Source of the DNA: Opitutales bacterium
GTDB lineage: Bacteria > Verrucomicrobiota > Verrucomicrobiia > Opitutales > UBA2987
Reading direction: 5' to 3'
Length of the DNA stretch: 64,000 nt
Assembly (NCBI GenBank): GCA_965226885.1
Contig: CBDDEL010000016.1
Location: 96,001-160,000, forward strand
The notes beneath the pieces are model-generated. The model saw nothing but the letters and a program-made list of their open reading frames with translations, was not told the DNA's origin and did no database searches. Numbering within the stretch: the stretch's first letter is position 1; every line of letters begins with the position of its first letter. A program made the position numbers and the translations under genes. Positions 39,527-50,562 of this stretch are shown one piece after another.

Positions 39527-41107
39527 TTATTTCGACTTTTTCTGCAATTTGTACTCGACCGAGTCCTTGAGGGCTTCCCAACTGGCTTCGATGATATTGT
39601 CGCTGGCGCCCACGGTTCCCCAGATTTCCTCCCCGTCGGTGGTCTCGATTTGCACCCGAATGCGCGCATCGGCACCCTTTCCGCTTTCCAGAATGCGGAC
39701 TTTGAAATCGCTTAAGGAAACTTTTTTTATTTCCGGGTAAGCTTTTACGAGAGCCTTGCGCAGGGCATGATCGAGTGCGCCAACCGGTCCCGTCGCCTCG
39801 GCCACTTCGTGGTGTTCTTCATCCCCGACTTTCAACTTGACGGTGGCTTCCGATACCATTTCCCCGCGCGCTTCATCCCGCTCCACGATTACCCGGTATC
39901 CGATCAGTTCAAAATACTCTTTCTTTTCCTTAAGCCATTTGGAGAGGAGCAGTTTGAATGAAGCGTCGGCCGCCTCATATTCGTAGCCCTGAAATTCCAA
40001 ACGTTTCAACTCGGCCAGAAATTCTTTCAGCGACTCTTCATTTTGCTCCATATTGACACCGATATTATGGGCCTTCATAATAATGCTGCTGCGGCCTGAC
40101 ATATCGGAAATGAGCACCCGCTGGTGATTGCCCACCAAAGCGGGGTCCACATGTTCATAGCTTCGGGCTACCTTGGAAGCCGCATTGGCATGCACCCCTC
40201 CTTTATGGGCGAAAGCGCTGGAACCGATAAAGGGCGCTTTGCTGTCGGGGCGCAAGTTAGCCAAATCGTCAACAAAGAAGGAAAGATCGCGCAGTTTTTC
40301 CAGGTTTTTACCGCAAGTGAGGGAAACACCCATTTTCACCACCAGATTGGGAATAATCGATGTCAGGTTGGCATTGCCGATCCTCTCCCCGAAACCGTTA
40401 AAGGTTCCCTGCACCATAATGGCGCCAGCTTCGACTCCGGCCAGCGATACGGCCACTCCCACTCCGGAATCGTTATGGCAGTGTACACCGATCTTTGCCT
40501 GCGGAAAATCGGTAATTACATCGGCGGTGATTTTCTTCAATTCTTGAACTAATTTACCACCGTTAGTATCGCAAAGCGCAATATAGGCAGCGCCGCCCTT
40601 TAGAGCGGCCTCAATCGTTTTCTTGGCATATTCTTTATCATCCGAGTAACCGTCGTAAAAATGTTCCGCATCGTAGATCACTTCCCTGCCCTCTTCGGCC
40701 AGAAAACGCACCGATTCCTCGATCATGTGAAGATTTTCGGCCGCTGTTGTGCGCAAAACTTCTTCTACGTGGAGCAGCCAGCTTTTCCCGAAAATGGTTA
40801 CAACCGGAGTTTCCGCCTCAAGCAGAAGTTTCAATTGGGGATCGTCTTCCGCTTTAATATTTGCCCGTCTTGTGGATCCAAAGGCAGCCAACTTGGCGTG
40901 ATTCAATTGCAGGTTTTTGGCTTTTTCAAAATAAGCCATGTCCCTCGGGTTGGATCCCGGCCATCCGCCCTCGATATAGTCGATCCCGAACTGATCCAGT
41001 TTCTCGGTCAATCTCAGTTTAGAAGAGACGGAAAAGGAGATTCCCTCGCCCTGAGTGCCGTCCCTCAAGGTGGTATCGTATATGAGAACGTGCTGCTTTT
41101 CACTCAT
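39527..41107 (-). CDS. cimA: Citramalate synthase
   Basis: YDTTLRDGTQGEG, EGGWPGSNP, DAEHFYDG, CDTNGG, FAHKGGVH. Confidence 0.93.
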   Translation of the reverse strand: MSEKQHVLIYDTTLRDGTQGEGISFSVSSKLRLTEKLDQFGIDYIEGGWPGSNPRDMAYFEKAKNLQLNHAKLAAFGSTRRANIKAEDDPQLKLLLEAETPVVTIFGKSWLLHVEEVLRTTAAENLHMIEESVRFLAEEGREVIYDAEHFYDGYSDDKEYAKKTIEAALKGGAAYIALCDTNGGKLVQELKKITADVITDFPQAKIGVHCHNDSGVGVAVSLAGVEAGAIMVQGTFNGFGERIGNANLTSIIPNLVVKMGVSLTCGKNLEKLRDLSFFVDDLANLRPDSKAPFIGSSAFAHKGGVHANAASKVARSYEHVDPALVGNHQRVLISDMSGRSSIIMKAHNIGVNMEQNEESLKEFLAELKRLEFQGYEYEAADASFKLLLSKWLKEKKEYFELIGYRVIVERDEARGEMVSEATVKLKVGDEEHHEVAEATGPVGALDHALRKALVKAYPEIKKVSLSDFKVRILESGKGADARIRVQIETTDGEEIWGTVGASDNIIEASWEALKDSVEYKLQKKSK

Positions 41108-41135
41108 GTCGCTAAGTATTTAGTACCGTGGCCTA

Positions 41136-42497
41136 TCAAGCGGAAGAATGATGACGAATAAAATTCTGAATGTCTACTTTATCGGCTGAAATCGAATATT
41201 TGACAACCTTCCTGGTCTTCAATTTTTCCAGAGACTCCGCTTTGGCCTCAACACCGGTGGCCCGAAGAATGGTTTCCGGAAATTTGGCCGGGTGGGCCGT
41301 GGCAAGCAGAATGCTTGTTTTCCCTTCATCAATTTCCTTGAAAGAGCAAGCGGTATGAGGGTCCGCCAAATAACCGTATTTATCATAGACCCGGCCGATA
41401 ATCGCTTCAATATCTGCGTCCGTAGCGGCGGAACTGCTGAAGTTGTTCTTTTGAAAATCCTTGAATTCGTAGCAGCCGGTGGAATTGAATTCGCTCATAA
41501 CCTTGCGCACCCGTGAGCCATCCTCGCCTTCCGCGTAGTAGATAAAGCGCTCGAAATTGGACGCGACCTGGATATCCATGGAAGGCGCGCAACTGGGTTG
41601 GAGTTTTCCCAATTCATAACATCCCGAACGGAAAAGCCGGTGCAGGATGTCATTCTGGTTGGTGGCTATCTTAAAACCGGCAACGGACAGTCCCATCTTG
41701 CTGGCCAACCAGCCGGCCAGCACATTCCCGAAATTTCCCGTCGGTACGACAAATTCGACACCGTCCCTTTTTTCGGACGGAAGCTGAAACCAAGCATAAA
41801 TGTAATATACGCATTGGGCGATGATCCGCGCCAGATTAATCGAATTTACGGCTGATAGCCCGAACTGCTGTTTAAACGGTTCTTCTTCGAATACTTCCTT
41901 GAGGACATTCTGGGCATCATCGAACGATCCCTCAATGGACAGGGGGAATACATTATCGGCCCCCGTGCAGGTCATTTGGCGTTCCTGCAATGGGGAGACA
42001 CGGCCCTCGGGATATAGGATAAAAATATTAACTCCCTCCTTGCCCAAAAGCCCATGGATGGCGGCCGCTCCCGTATCGCCGGAGGTGGCGCCCAGGATAT
42101 TCAGTTGTTTGCCGTCAACGCGTATTTGCTCTTCATAAAGGTTGCCCAGCAATTGCAGGGCGAAATCCTTGAAGGCCAGGGTGGGGCCATGAAACAACTC
42201 AAGGACATGGAGATTTTCCTCAAGCTGCACCAACGGCGCCACTTTTTCATGGTCAAATTTTCCATAAGAATTGAAAACAACCGACCGCAGGGTGTCTTCA
42301 TCCATATCGGTCGCAAAAAGCCGAAAAAAGGCAAAGGTCAGCTCCCGGTAGGAAAGGCTCTCCCATTTTCCCAAATCGGGAGCGATATCGGGCAGTTCTT
42401 CCGGTAAAAAAAGGCCTCCGTCTGGAGCCAGGCCGGTGGCCACTGCCTGGGAGAAACCGACCGGCGGGCATTGCCCTCGCGTGCTCACATACCTCAT
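41136..42497 (-). CDS. thrC: Threonine synthase
   Basis: MRYVSTRG, GLAPDGGL, ELFHGPTLAFKD, PTGNFGN. Confidence 0.96.
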   Translation of the reverse strand: MRYVSTRGQCPPVGFSQAVATGLAPDGGLFLPEELPDIAPDLGKWESLSYRELTFAFFRLFATDMDEDTLRSVVFNSYGKFDHEKVAPLVQLEENLHVLELFHGPTLAFKDFALQLLGNLYEEQIRVDGKQLNILGATSGDTGAAAIHGLLGKEGVNIFILYPEGRVSPLQERQMTCTGADNVFPLSIEGSFDDAQNVLKEVFEEEPFKQQFGLSAVNSINLARIIAQCVYYIYAWFQLPSEKRDGVEFVVPTGNFGNVLAGWLASKMGLSVAGFKIATNQNDILHRLFRSGCYELGKLQPSCAPSMDIQVASNFERFIYYAEGEDGSRVRKVMSEFNSTGCYEFKDFQKNNFSSSAATDADIEAIIGRVYDKYGYLADPHTACSFKEIDEGKTSILLATAHPAKFPETILRATGVEAKAESLEKLKTRKVVKYSISADKVDIQNFIRHHSSA

Positions 42498-42502
42498 TGA
42501 AC

Positions 42503-43726
42503 TTAGGTCGCTTCCTTTTCCAGTTCAAAGGCGTCGTGGACCAGACGCAAACCCTCGTCGGCCCTCTCGGCATCGATGGCAACCGAAATTTTAATCTCCG
42601 AAGTGCTAATCAATTGTATGTTGATGCCCGCTTCGGCCAGGGCCGTAAAGAGCTTCGCGGCGACGCCGCAATGGGTGCGCATGCCCACCCCCACAACCGA
42701 TAATTTTGCAATCGGGTCAACCGCCACAACCTTGCCGCCGCCCATTTTTTCGAGAATGCTTCCGACCGCTTTTTCCGCCCGGTAGGCATCTTCCAGGGGA
42801 GCCGAAAAAGTTAGATTGGCGACGCCGCCATGCCCTATATTCTGGACGATCATATCGACATTTATTTGAGCATCGGCAAGCGTCTGGAAAACCTTGGCGG
42901 CAGTTCCCGGCTGGTCGTGCACCTGGCTAACGACAATCTTTACCTGATCTTTGTCCACGGCTGCGCCGCGCACTACAACTTCTTCCATGGAGGTTGCTTC
43001 TTTTTTCACAATAGTTCCCGGTTGGTTGTTAAAACTGGAGCATACTTCGAAATCGACATCATATTTTTTAGCGAATTCCACGGCCCGCGACTGCATGACT
43101 TTGGATCCCAAACTGGCCAGCTCAAGCATTTCATCATAACTTAATTGTGGAATCTTGCGGGCTTTGCCCACAACGCGCGGATCGGCCGTATAAACCCCAT
43201 CCACATCGGTGCAGATCTGGCAATTGTCCGCCTTGAGCGATGCAGCCAAAGCAATCGCGCTGAGATCGGAGCCGCCTCGGCCGAAAGTGGTAATTTGGTT
43301 ATCTTGGCTGACTCCCTGGAATCCGGCCACAATGACCACATTGCCTTGGGAAAGTTGTTTCCGAATATCACCCGTGTTCATTTTGACAATGCGCGCCCGG
43401 GTGTGGGCAAAATCGGTTTGGATACCGGCCTGGGCGCCGGTTCTGGAAACGGCGGGCACGCCAATGCTATGCAGAGCGATAGCCATGAGGGCAATGGTTT
43501 CCTGTTCGCCTACGGTGAGGAGCATGTCCATTTCGCGTTCATCCGGGTCCGGATGCAGGGCATGGGCATCGCTTATAAGACGATTGGTCACTCCTGAGCG
43601 CGCGGAAACCACCACCACCACCTCGTTGCCCGCATCCCGCGTCTTTTTTACGCGCTGGGCGACATTTCGGATTCGCTCCAGATCGGCCACCGAGGTGCCG
43701 CCATATTTTTGCACAATAAGCGCCAT
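42503..43726 (-). CDS. lysC: Aspartate kinase
   Basis: VQKYGGTSV, GRGGSD, DVDGVYTADPR, ACT domains. Confidence 0.96.
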   Translation of the reverse strand: MALIVQKYGGTSVADLERIRNVAQRVKKTRDAGNEVVVVVSARSGVTNRLISDAHALHPDPDEREMDMLLTVGEQETIALMAIALHSIGVPAVSRTGAQAGIQTDFAHTRARIVKMNTGDIRKQLSQGNVVIVAGFQGVSQDNQITTFGRGGSDLSAIALAASLKADNCQICTDVDGVYTADPRVVGKARKIPQLSYDEMLELASLGSKVMQSRAVEFAKKYDVDFEVCSSFNNQPGTIVKKEATSMEEVVVRGAAVDKDQVKIVVSQVHDQPGTAAKVFQTLADAQINVDMIVQNIGHGGVANLTFSAPLEDAYRAEKAVGSILEKMGGGKVVAVDPIAKLSVVGVGMRTHCGVAAKLFTALAEAGINIQLISTSEIKISVAIDAERADEGLRLVHDAFELEKEAT

Positions 43727-43760
43727 TATATTAATATTCTATGGTTAATAATTGCCTTTA

Positions 43761-45089
43761 TTACTTGAAGTCCGCAATTCGCAACAGGAACGGCTCGCTG
43801 AGGACGCTTTTGAGTTTATGCAGGTTTTTACAGGTCTCCTGAATTATTTGTTCATTGCTGATATGCGTTGTGAGGATGAGGGTGGTTTTCTTGCCCGGCG
43901 TCGCTTTAGGTTGAATTACGCTGGCAATGCTGACCCCTTTCTTCGCCATGATGGCGGCCACCTCGGCCAGCACGGCGGGTTTGTCCACAACGCTCAACCG
44001 AATGTAAAATTGACCGGATATTTCCGATAAATCAGCCCATTCCACCGCGGAACCAGGTTCCGTTTCACCCGGCAATTCTTCTTCTGCCGGCGGCGTCGAA
44101 GGCCTTCCCAATAAAGAGGATACGGCATCCATGATATCGCTGATGACGGCGCTGGCGGTGGCGTCCTGCCCTGCCCCGCGACCGATATGGACGGTGGTTC
44201 CGACAATGTCTCCAGTCACGCTGATGCCGTTGTAAACATCGTCCACATGGGCCAGGATATTGTCCTTGGGGATCATGGTGGGATGAACTCGAATGAATAT
44301 TTTCCGGTTCTTTGCCTCTCTCGAAATGATGCCGAGAAGTTTAATCTTGTAGCCCAGATCGCGTGCCCACCGGAAATCTTCGAGAGTGATTCGTCGAATT
44401 CCCTCGACCGGAACTTGCTTTAGGTCCACCCATTTTCCGTGGGCCAGATAACCCAAGATAACGGCTTTATGGGCGGTGTCCCAGCCATCCAGATCAAGGG
44501 ATTCATCCGCTTCCACATAGCCCAGACGGCGAGCCTCTTTGATCGTCTCCTCGAAAGTCAGGCCTTCGCAATCCATACGCGTCAGGATATAGTTGCAGGT
44601 ACCGTTGAGGATGCCGTAAATGAGGTCGAAGCGGTTGGCCACCAAACCTTCCCGAATGACTTTAATGATTGGGATGCCCCCGGCCACGCTGGCCTCGAAA
44701 TAAAAATGACCTCCGCCCTTGCGTGCGGCTTGGAAAAGCTTTTCTCCATTCAGGCAAAGCAAAGCCTTGTTGGCTGAAACCACCATCTTTCCGCAGCGAA
44801 GGGCGGCCAGGGTCGCTTCTTTGGCCAAAGTGTTACCACCCATCAATTCGCAAACAATATCCACCTTGGGATCGGTTGCCACCGACATGGGATCATTACA
44901 CAATTTTGAAGCCGGGATGCGCACAGGGCGTTTTTCTGCGGTATCCCGGACAGCCGCTCGGTGCAGAACAAGGCTGGCGCCCAACCGCCGCTCAAGTTCG
45001 GCCCGATTGTGGTGGATGTGCTTCCAGACGCCCTGACCTACAATGCCGAGTCCTATAAAGCCGATATGAATTTTCCGTCGTTTTGACAT
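43761..45089 (-). CDS. hom: Homoserine dehydrogenase
   Basis: GLGIVG, FEASVAGGIP, GILNGTCNYIL, C-terminal ACT. Confidence 0.96.
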   Translation of the reverse strand: MSKRRKIHIGFIGLGIVGQGVWKHIHHNRAELERRLGASLVLHRAAVRDTAEKRPVRIPASKLCNDPMSVATDPKVDIVCELMGGNTLAKEATLAALRCGKMVVSANKALLCLNGEKLFQAARKGGGHFYFEASVAGGIPIIKVIREGLVANRFDLIYGILNGTCNYILTRMDCEGLTFEETIKEARRLGYVEADESLDLDGWDTAHKAVILGYLAHGKWVDLKQVPVEGIRRITLEDFRWARDLGYKIKLLGIISREAKNRKIFIRVHPTMIPKDNILAHVDDVYNGISVTGDIVGTTVHIGRGAGQDATASAVISDIMDAVSSLLGRPSTPPAEEELPGETEPGSAVEWADLSEISGQFYIRLSVVDKPAVLAEVAAIMAKKGVSIASVIQPKATPGKKTTLILTTHISNEQIIQETCKNLHKLKSVLSEPFLLRIADFK

Positions 45090-45131
45090 TTCGCTAGGGA
45101 TTAAGGGAAAAAAGCGAGCCCAAGCAAGCGC

Positions 45132-45746
45132 TTAACTCTGTTTTTTGCGCTCGGACCGGTTTTCTGTGCCGGCCAGCAGCCTACCGATATTAGAGCGATG
45201 GCGAATTAAAATAAGTGCGGCCAAAAAAATAGACATAAGAATTCCTTCCATCGACTGATCCAACGCCCAACTGCTCAAAGGTAAACTGAGACCCAGCGCC
45301 ATGGAGGCCAGTGAAACATAGCGGGAGGCGAAAAATACGGCTAACCAAACGAGCAGCCCGATGAGCAAAACCCAAGGCATCAAGGTAAGAAGACCGCCAA
45401 CCGTAACAGCCACTCCCTTACCCCCGCGAAATTTGATAAAAATGGAAAAGCTATGTCCCAAAATCGCGGCCAGGAGACCGATTATGCCCAAAACCAAAGA
45501 AATGGAGGCGTCCGCAAACACCAGTTGAGGCCAACCCGCGGCCACTGTCCCTTTGAGGGCATCAAGCAGAAAACAGAAATTGCCGGCTCCTTTGCCGACG
45601 GCCCGCTTGACATTGGTGGCTCCGGGATTGCCACTGCCCACCTTGAGGATATCGACCCCTTTGACCCGTCCGATGATGACGGCAAAAGGAACCGATCCCA
45701 AAAGGTAGCCCGCTACCGCAATTGCCAAAATATTTATAAAAGTCAT
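45132..45746 (-). CDS. plsY: Glycerol-3-phosphate acyltransferase
   Basis: YLLGSVP, GSGNPGATN, FRGGKGVA, HRSNIGRL. Confidence 0.96.
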   Translation of the reverse strand: MTFINILAIAVAGYLLGSVPFAVIIGRVKGVDILKVGSGNPGATNVKRAVGKGAGNFCFLLDALKGTVAAGWPQLVFADASISLVLGIIGLLAAILGHSFSIFIKFRGGKGVAVTVGGLLTLMPWVLLIGLLVWLAVFFASRYVSLASMALGLSLPLSSWALDQSMEGILMSIFLAALILIRHRSNIGRLLAGTENRSERKKQS

Positions 45747-45906
45747 TTGATATCTACAATGGATTCATTTGTCATGGACCCGGATGGATTTAAGAGAAGG
45801 TGAATAAATTTGCCCTCTTTGGCAAAACTCGCAATCCATTTGTGACGCGCTCAATCGAATTGGGGTAATCGCATATTGTTTGAATCGGGTTTTCAGCAGG
45901 GGAAAT

Positions 45907-45934
45907 TATATTGGAGACAATATATTGGAGACAA
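45907..45934 (+). repeat. 14-bp perfect tandem duplication spanning a probable TTG start
   Basis: TATATTGGAGACAA x2. Confidence 0.9.
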
Positions 45935-46051
45935 AAAAGGAAATTCCAAATCCTTTAAAGTCTGCCGCGGCAGAGAGTTATCGCCTTGGATTGGAGTCAT
46001 ATAAAAATGGGCACCTCAATGTGGCATTTACCCATTTCTCCACCGCGGTTG

Positions 46052-46853
46052 GGTAGTGTATAAAAAAAGAATGTTATTTTGTATTTTTAGCTGTACAAAT
46101 AGCGTTAGGCAGTTTATTCTTAGTGCATGGTTACTAAAATTATTAATTGTCGGCACTGTGGAAGTGAAAATATCATTAAATTTGGCAAGACGCCCAACCA
46201 TAAACAGCGCTACCGCTGCCATGATTGTGGTAAACAAAGCCGCGAAAACCCCACAGTGAAATACACCGAAGAGCAAAAAGAAATGATCCTTCGAGTCTAT
46301 CAGGAACGCAGCAGTCTACGCGGTTTACAGCGCGCCTTCGGGGTGAGTCCCAACACCGTTTTGAGTTGGTTAAAAAAAACGACAATCGCTGCGACCGCTC
46401 AAAAGCACGATTCTTGCGGCCCGCCGCCATGATGTCATTGAACTGGACGAACTGTGGTCTTTTGTGGGGCGCAAGAGCGATGCCCAATGGGTTTGGATCG
46501 CTCTTTGCCGACGCACCCGTCAAATCCTCTCCTATGCCATTGGGCCTCGGGATTGGTATCGTTGCCGGGAACTTTACGAGCGTCTGCCACGGGCCTACAA
46601 AAGATGTGCCACCTACAGCGACTTTTGGAGCACTTATGATGAAGTCTTTCCTCATAACCGATCCGTGGGAAAAGAAACCGGTGAAACGGCCCATGTGGAA
46701 CGATGGAACAATACCCTGCGCCAACGACTGGGTCGTTTCACACGCAAAACCCTCTCCTTTTCCAAGCTTAAGAGTATGCATGAAACCTGTCTGAGACTTT
46801 TCATTCATCAATATAATCAAGAATTAGCCACCATTCCTACTTAATACACTACC
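46052..46853 (+). mobile_element. IS1-family insertion sequence (802 bp)
   Basis: IRs beginning GGTAGTGTAT; 8-bp TSD CGCGGTTG at 46044-46051 and 46854-46861. Confidence 0.95.
46127..46844 (+). CDS. IS1 transposase InsAB in two frames joined at an A8 run (46372-46379)
   Basis: InsA zinc finger CRHC...KQRYRCHDC; InsB IELDELWSFVG, SDFWSTY, HVERWNNTLRQR. Confidence 0.88.
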
Positions 46854-47392
46854 CGCGGTTGAATTAAACCCCAACTTGGCGGACGCCCTCTACCACATCG
46901 GTCTTATCTATACAGAGATGGATGATTTCGATTTATCCGAAAGATTTTACAATATGGCCCTGGGGGCCGACCCCAACCATATCAGGGCGAAAAGAAAACT
47001 TGGCCTGGAAAAAGATAAATCCGCCAGCGCCCCGATAAAAATTACGGATACAGACTTTTATTATCATTATTATCATTTATTGAAAGAAGGCACGCCGGAA
47101 GCGGCTAAAATTCTCGAGAGCCTGAAGAAAATGGATTTTGATCTAGATCTAAAACCTCGTTCTCAAACCCTGGAACAGATCCTGCGGTTCATCGTAGCCT
47201 TCCTGAAACTTCTCGTGCCGGCCGCCCTGGCCGGATTTTTTGTCGGCATGGGTCTGAGCGCGATGGGGTTTGGGTCGTTTTTGACGATAGCCTTTTTATC
47301 CGGGGCGATTATTTTTTTGGTTCAGGTCATCGAAAAATACCGTTAAACGGTAACGGTATTTTTATTTGGCTGTCGGCTCATTCGCTAAAATA

Positions 47393-49209
47393 GAGGCTGT
47401 CCCAAAAATATAAAGATTTTATAGTCAACTGGATGACGTTGATAAAAAGAGCCGGAAAGAGCAAGTTTTTGCTCGATCCGGCCAAAAAAGGGTTCTATAA
47501 TTGAGTTAGCGAAAATCAATATAGCCCTTTCTATGAAAAATATAGCCATCCAATGCCTCCTGCGTCCAGCTTTAACTGTGGTCGACCGGTGCCTCGATTA
47601 CGATAACTTCCGCGCCACCATTGATCGAATCGATCGGCTGCTGATCGACTCGGAGGTGGAATCGCAGGCCATTGAGCTGGCCTTGGAGGGGTGGCCGCCA
47701 ATGGGTCTAAAGGCCCGGCGGCAGCGGGCCAGTTTTGCCATCAAGGCACTGCGCATGGATACGCTGGGCCGTCTGCTCGGAGGGATTTCGTTTCGGCATT
47801 TGTCGCGGGCTCTGGGCAGCAGCGATCTGTTGGCCGACTTTTGCCGTGTCCGGCAGATCGATGGCATCAGGGGCATCTCCAAAAGCACCCTGGAGCGGGC
47901 CTCGAAGTTTTTCAGCGAAGAGCAGTTGAGGGCCTTGCACCGGACCTTGACTGAGGTGGTGGGCGATGCCCTTCTGGCCCGGCAGGTGGGATTGGACAAG
48001 CCGATTGACACCACCATTTGCCTGATCGACGGCACCTGTTTGGAGGCTAACATTCATTGGCCGACGGACTGGGTATTACTCAAGGATGTAGCCGGCACGT
48101 TGCTCAAAGCGATCCGGCTGATCCGCGAGAAGGCCGGTGTGCGCCATCGCATGCCGATCGAACCGGAGCCCTTGGCTCGGCAGATGAATCGGCTGTGCAT
48201 ACAGATGACCCACAGCCGGCGGCGAAAGGACAGCGCGCGGCAGCGCAAGGGTATCTTGAGGCAGATGAAAAAGCTGCTCAAACGGATCGGGGAGCATGCC
48301 CGCAGTCACCGGGAATTATTGCAAGCCTGCTGGGAGCAAAGCGATTACAGCGAAAAACAGGTCCAACAGATCCTCGCCCGGATGGAGCGCATGAGCGAGC
48401 AAATCCCGGTGGTCATCAAACAGGCGCACGAGCGGATCATTGGCGGCCGCCAGGTGAAAAACGCAGAGAAAGTCTTGAGTGTTTACGAACTCGATGTGCA
48501 GGTGATTGTGCGAGGTAAAGCGGGCCAAGAGGTCGAGTTCGGCAACACCCTGTTTTTGGGAGAAAGCGTTGAAGGGTACCTGCTGGACTGGAAACTCTAC
48601 GGCAGCCGAACTCCAAGCGAAAATGAACAAATGCAAGAGAGTTTGCAAAGACAGAACCGCTTCAACCTGGAAGAACCCATAGCGGCCATGTGCGCGGACC
48701 GGGGATTTGCCTCCCAGCGGGCCCGCCGGCAGTTAGCCCAGGAGGGAATCTACGACGCGCTCTGTCCACGCGATCCGAAGCAGTTGAAAAAACGGATGGA
48801 GGAACCACTGTTCAGGCAATTGCAAAAGCGCCGGGCCAGCACCGAAGGGCGGATCGGGGTATTGAAGAATCGCTGGCAGGCCGGGCGGTTGCGCAGCAAA
48901 GGCTTTGCCAACCGCTCGATCAGCGTAGCCTGGTCGGTACTCTCGCACAACCTATGGAAAGTAGCCAAGATGCTGGCCCAGCAAGACGAACTAAAAACCA
49001 AAGCGGCGGCCTAGAGAGCGGAAAAGCAAGGACAATACTTTTTCACAGCCGTACTGTCGGCTCATACAAAGAAAACCAGGCAACCGGACCCCAAAACCAG
49101 TATCCTAACGTCATAGAAGAGCAAAGTTGATACTCTCCCAAATGCAAATACCTCTAAAATGAGCGCCTATCAAAAGCCCTCGCAAAAATCACCCTTTTGG
49201 GACAGCCTC
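47393..49209 (+). mobile_element. IS5/ISNCY-like element, copy C (1817 bp, intact)
   Basis: IRs GAGGCTGTCCCAAAA; 7-bp TSD TAAAATA. Confidence 0.95.
47533..49014 (+). CDS. DDE transposase, 493 aa (IS5/ISNCY-like; family assignment uncertain)
   Basis: IDGTCLEANIHWPTD, RGKAGQEVEFG, ADRGF, RASTEGRIGVLK. Confidence 0.88.
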   Translation: MKNIAIQCLLRPALTVVDRCLDYDNFRATIDRIDRLLIDSEVESQAIELALEGWPPMGLKARRQRASFAIKALRMDTLGRLLGGISFRHLSRALGSSDLLADFCRVRQIDGIRGISKSTLERASKFFSEEQLRALHRTLTEVVGDALLARQVGLDKPIDTTICLIDGTCLEANIHWPTDWVLLKDVAGTLLKAIRLIREKAGVRHRMPIEPEPLARQMNRLCIQMTHSRRRKDSARQRKGILRQMKKLLKRIGEHARSHRELLQACWEQSDYSEKQVQQILARMERMSEQIPVVIKQAHERIIGGRQVKNAEKVLSVYELDVQVIVRGKAGQEVEFGNTLFLGESVEGYLLDWKLYGSRTPSENEQMQESLQRQNRFNLEEPIAAMCADRGFASQRARRQLAQEGIYDALCPRDPKQLKKRMEEPLFRQLQKRRASTEGRIGVLKNRWQAGRLRSKGFANRSISVAWSVLSHNLWKVAKMLAQQDELKTKAAA

Positions 49210-50545
49210 TAAAATAGTTGTCAAAATCGATCTTCTCGGAACTGAGGACCAGTTCCCGCCAAGTATCCATCTGGTATGCGGGTGATGTGTATAAATCGAA
49301 GAACGATGCTAATTGTTCGTCGTAATGAAAATCTCCACTGCCCGACATTTCAATACTGTTTCCGATCAATGATCCGAATGCTTCCATGCTTCCTCCCAGA
49401 TCGATAGTTGAATTAGGTGCATAGATAGACGCATAGAGCGATGCATTACCGGTTAGCTTTATTTCGGATGAAGTATCCGTTGAGGTGCTGTAAATTACAA
49501 AACTGGATGGGGCCTGGGTCGAATTGATGATTCCCCCTCCGCCAAAACTGGCGTTTCCATTGACGAATATGGCGGCAGAGCCAGCAGAACTTATCTGGAT
49601 TTCTGAACTGCCCGTTGTTTGAATATCGTTATCAACCTTCAAAACAACCGGCCCTTCGATCAAAAGTATATCGTTGCTCCCCAATGAAAGGCTGCTGAGG
49701 TGGTATTCTTCAGGAGACGACGCCGTGCCGCTCGTCCCGATTGTAATGGTGTTTCCCACCGCTGCCGGTAGAGAGGTGGCGGGAGAAGACATGGCGGGTG
49801 GGTCGATGTCGGGAAAATCCGCATTGAAATCCGAGGTTACCCGATCGGGGTCAATGAGAATTTCCGGGGGGGTGTCCACGCCATAAACCTTGGACCCTGT
49901 GCCAAAAGTTGCAGTGCCTCCGCCTGTGCCGACATACCCGTAACTCTCCGCATTCTTGACATCTATAGCCCCATCAGCAGTAGAGGGACTTGCCACTGAC
50001 ATATTATCCGTGCGGTTTAAAAATGCATCGTAGGGGCCCTTGGAGGAATCATAGCTGTCCAGTTTTACTCCGCTGGCAAGTAGCAAGGAATTTTTGGAGA
50101 CCATCCCGTTGGCGAAAAGAGAACGGCGGGTCAATTCGAGTTTCAACTGTTTAGAGGACTCGTCTCCCGCCGGAGTATTGACACGACCTTCAATATACAC
50201 CGTTGGGCTGGTTGTATAATTTTCAACGACTGTTGAGTATATTCCGGTCTTGTTGGAACCAAGGTCGAAAGTGGATGACCTTTTAACCGCATAAATGCCG
50301 GAAACTGCCCAACCCGTCCAATCGTCCGCATTCAAGGCCCAAAAAGCGTCATCGGCGCCGGCTTCGGCAAGATTCAAGGCGGAATTGGAAAGCAGGCCAT
50401 AGGTGGACATTTTATAGCCTGTGTAGGCCAACCTTAAAAAACTCGCCACCATGAGGCCCATCGCGGTGGCAAAAAATAAGGCTACAATAATGGACGCGCC
50501 AATTTCAGGTCGCCGATCCAATCTGGATATGGATCTTCTAAGCAT
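49154..50545 (-). CDS. PilX-like pilus/T2SS minor subunit with repetitive beta-rich domain; C-terminus replaced by IS-derived tail
   Basis: GASIIVALFF hydrophobic N-terminus; ALNLAEAG; IYAPNS; FHYDE. Confidence 0.7.
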   Translation of the reverse strand: MLRRSISRLDRRPEIGASIIVALFFATAMGLMVASFLRLAYTGYKMSTYGLLSNSALNLAEAGADDAFWALNADDWTGWAVSGIYAVKRSSTFDLGSNKTGIYSTVVENYTTSPTVYIEGRVNTPAGDESSKQLKLELTRRSLFANGMVSKNSLLLASGVKLDSYDSSKGPYDAFLNRTDNMSVASPSTADGAIDVKNAESYGYVGTGGGTATFGTGSKVYGVDTPPEILIDPDRVTSDFNADFPDIDPPAMSSPATSLPAAVGNTITIGTSGTASSPEEYHLSSLSLGSNDILLIEGPVVLKVDNDIQTTGSSEIQISSAGSAAIFVNGNASFGGGGIINSTQAPSSFVIYSTSTDTSSEIKLTGNASLYASIYAPNSTIDLGGSMEAFGSLIGNSIEMSGSGDFHYDEQLASFFDLYTSPAYQMDTWRELVLSSEKIDFDNYFRGCPKRVIFARAFDRRSF

Positions 50546-50562
50546 TATCCCATTTTGTGGGG

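Larger units (their letters stand above)
45925..47346 (+). pseudogene. TPR-containing membrane protein split by IS1
   Basis: Removing 46052-46861 rejoins ...AFTHFSTAV-ELNPNLADALYHIG... in frame (TPR pattern); two C-terminal TM helices. Confidence 0.85.
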
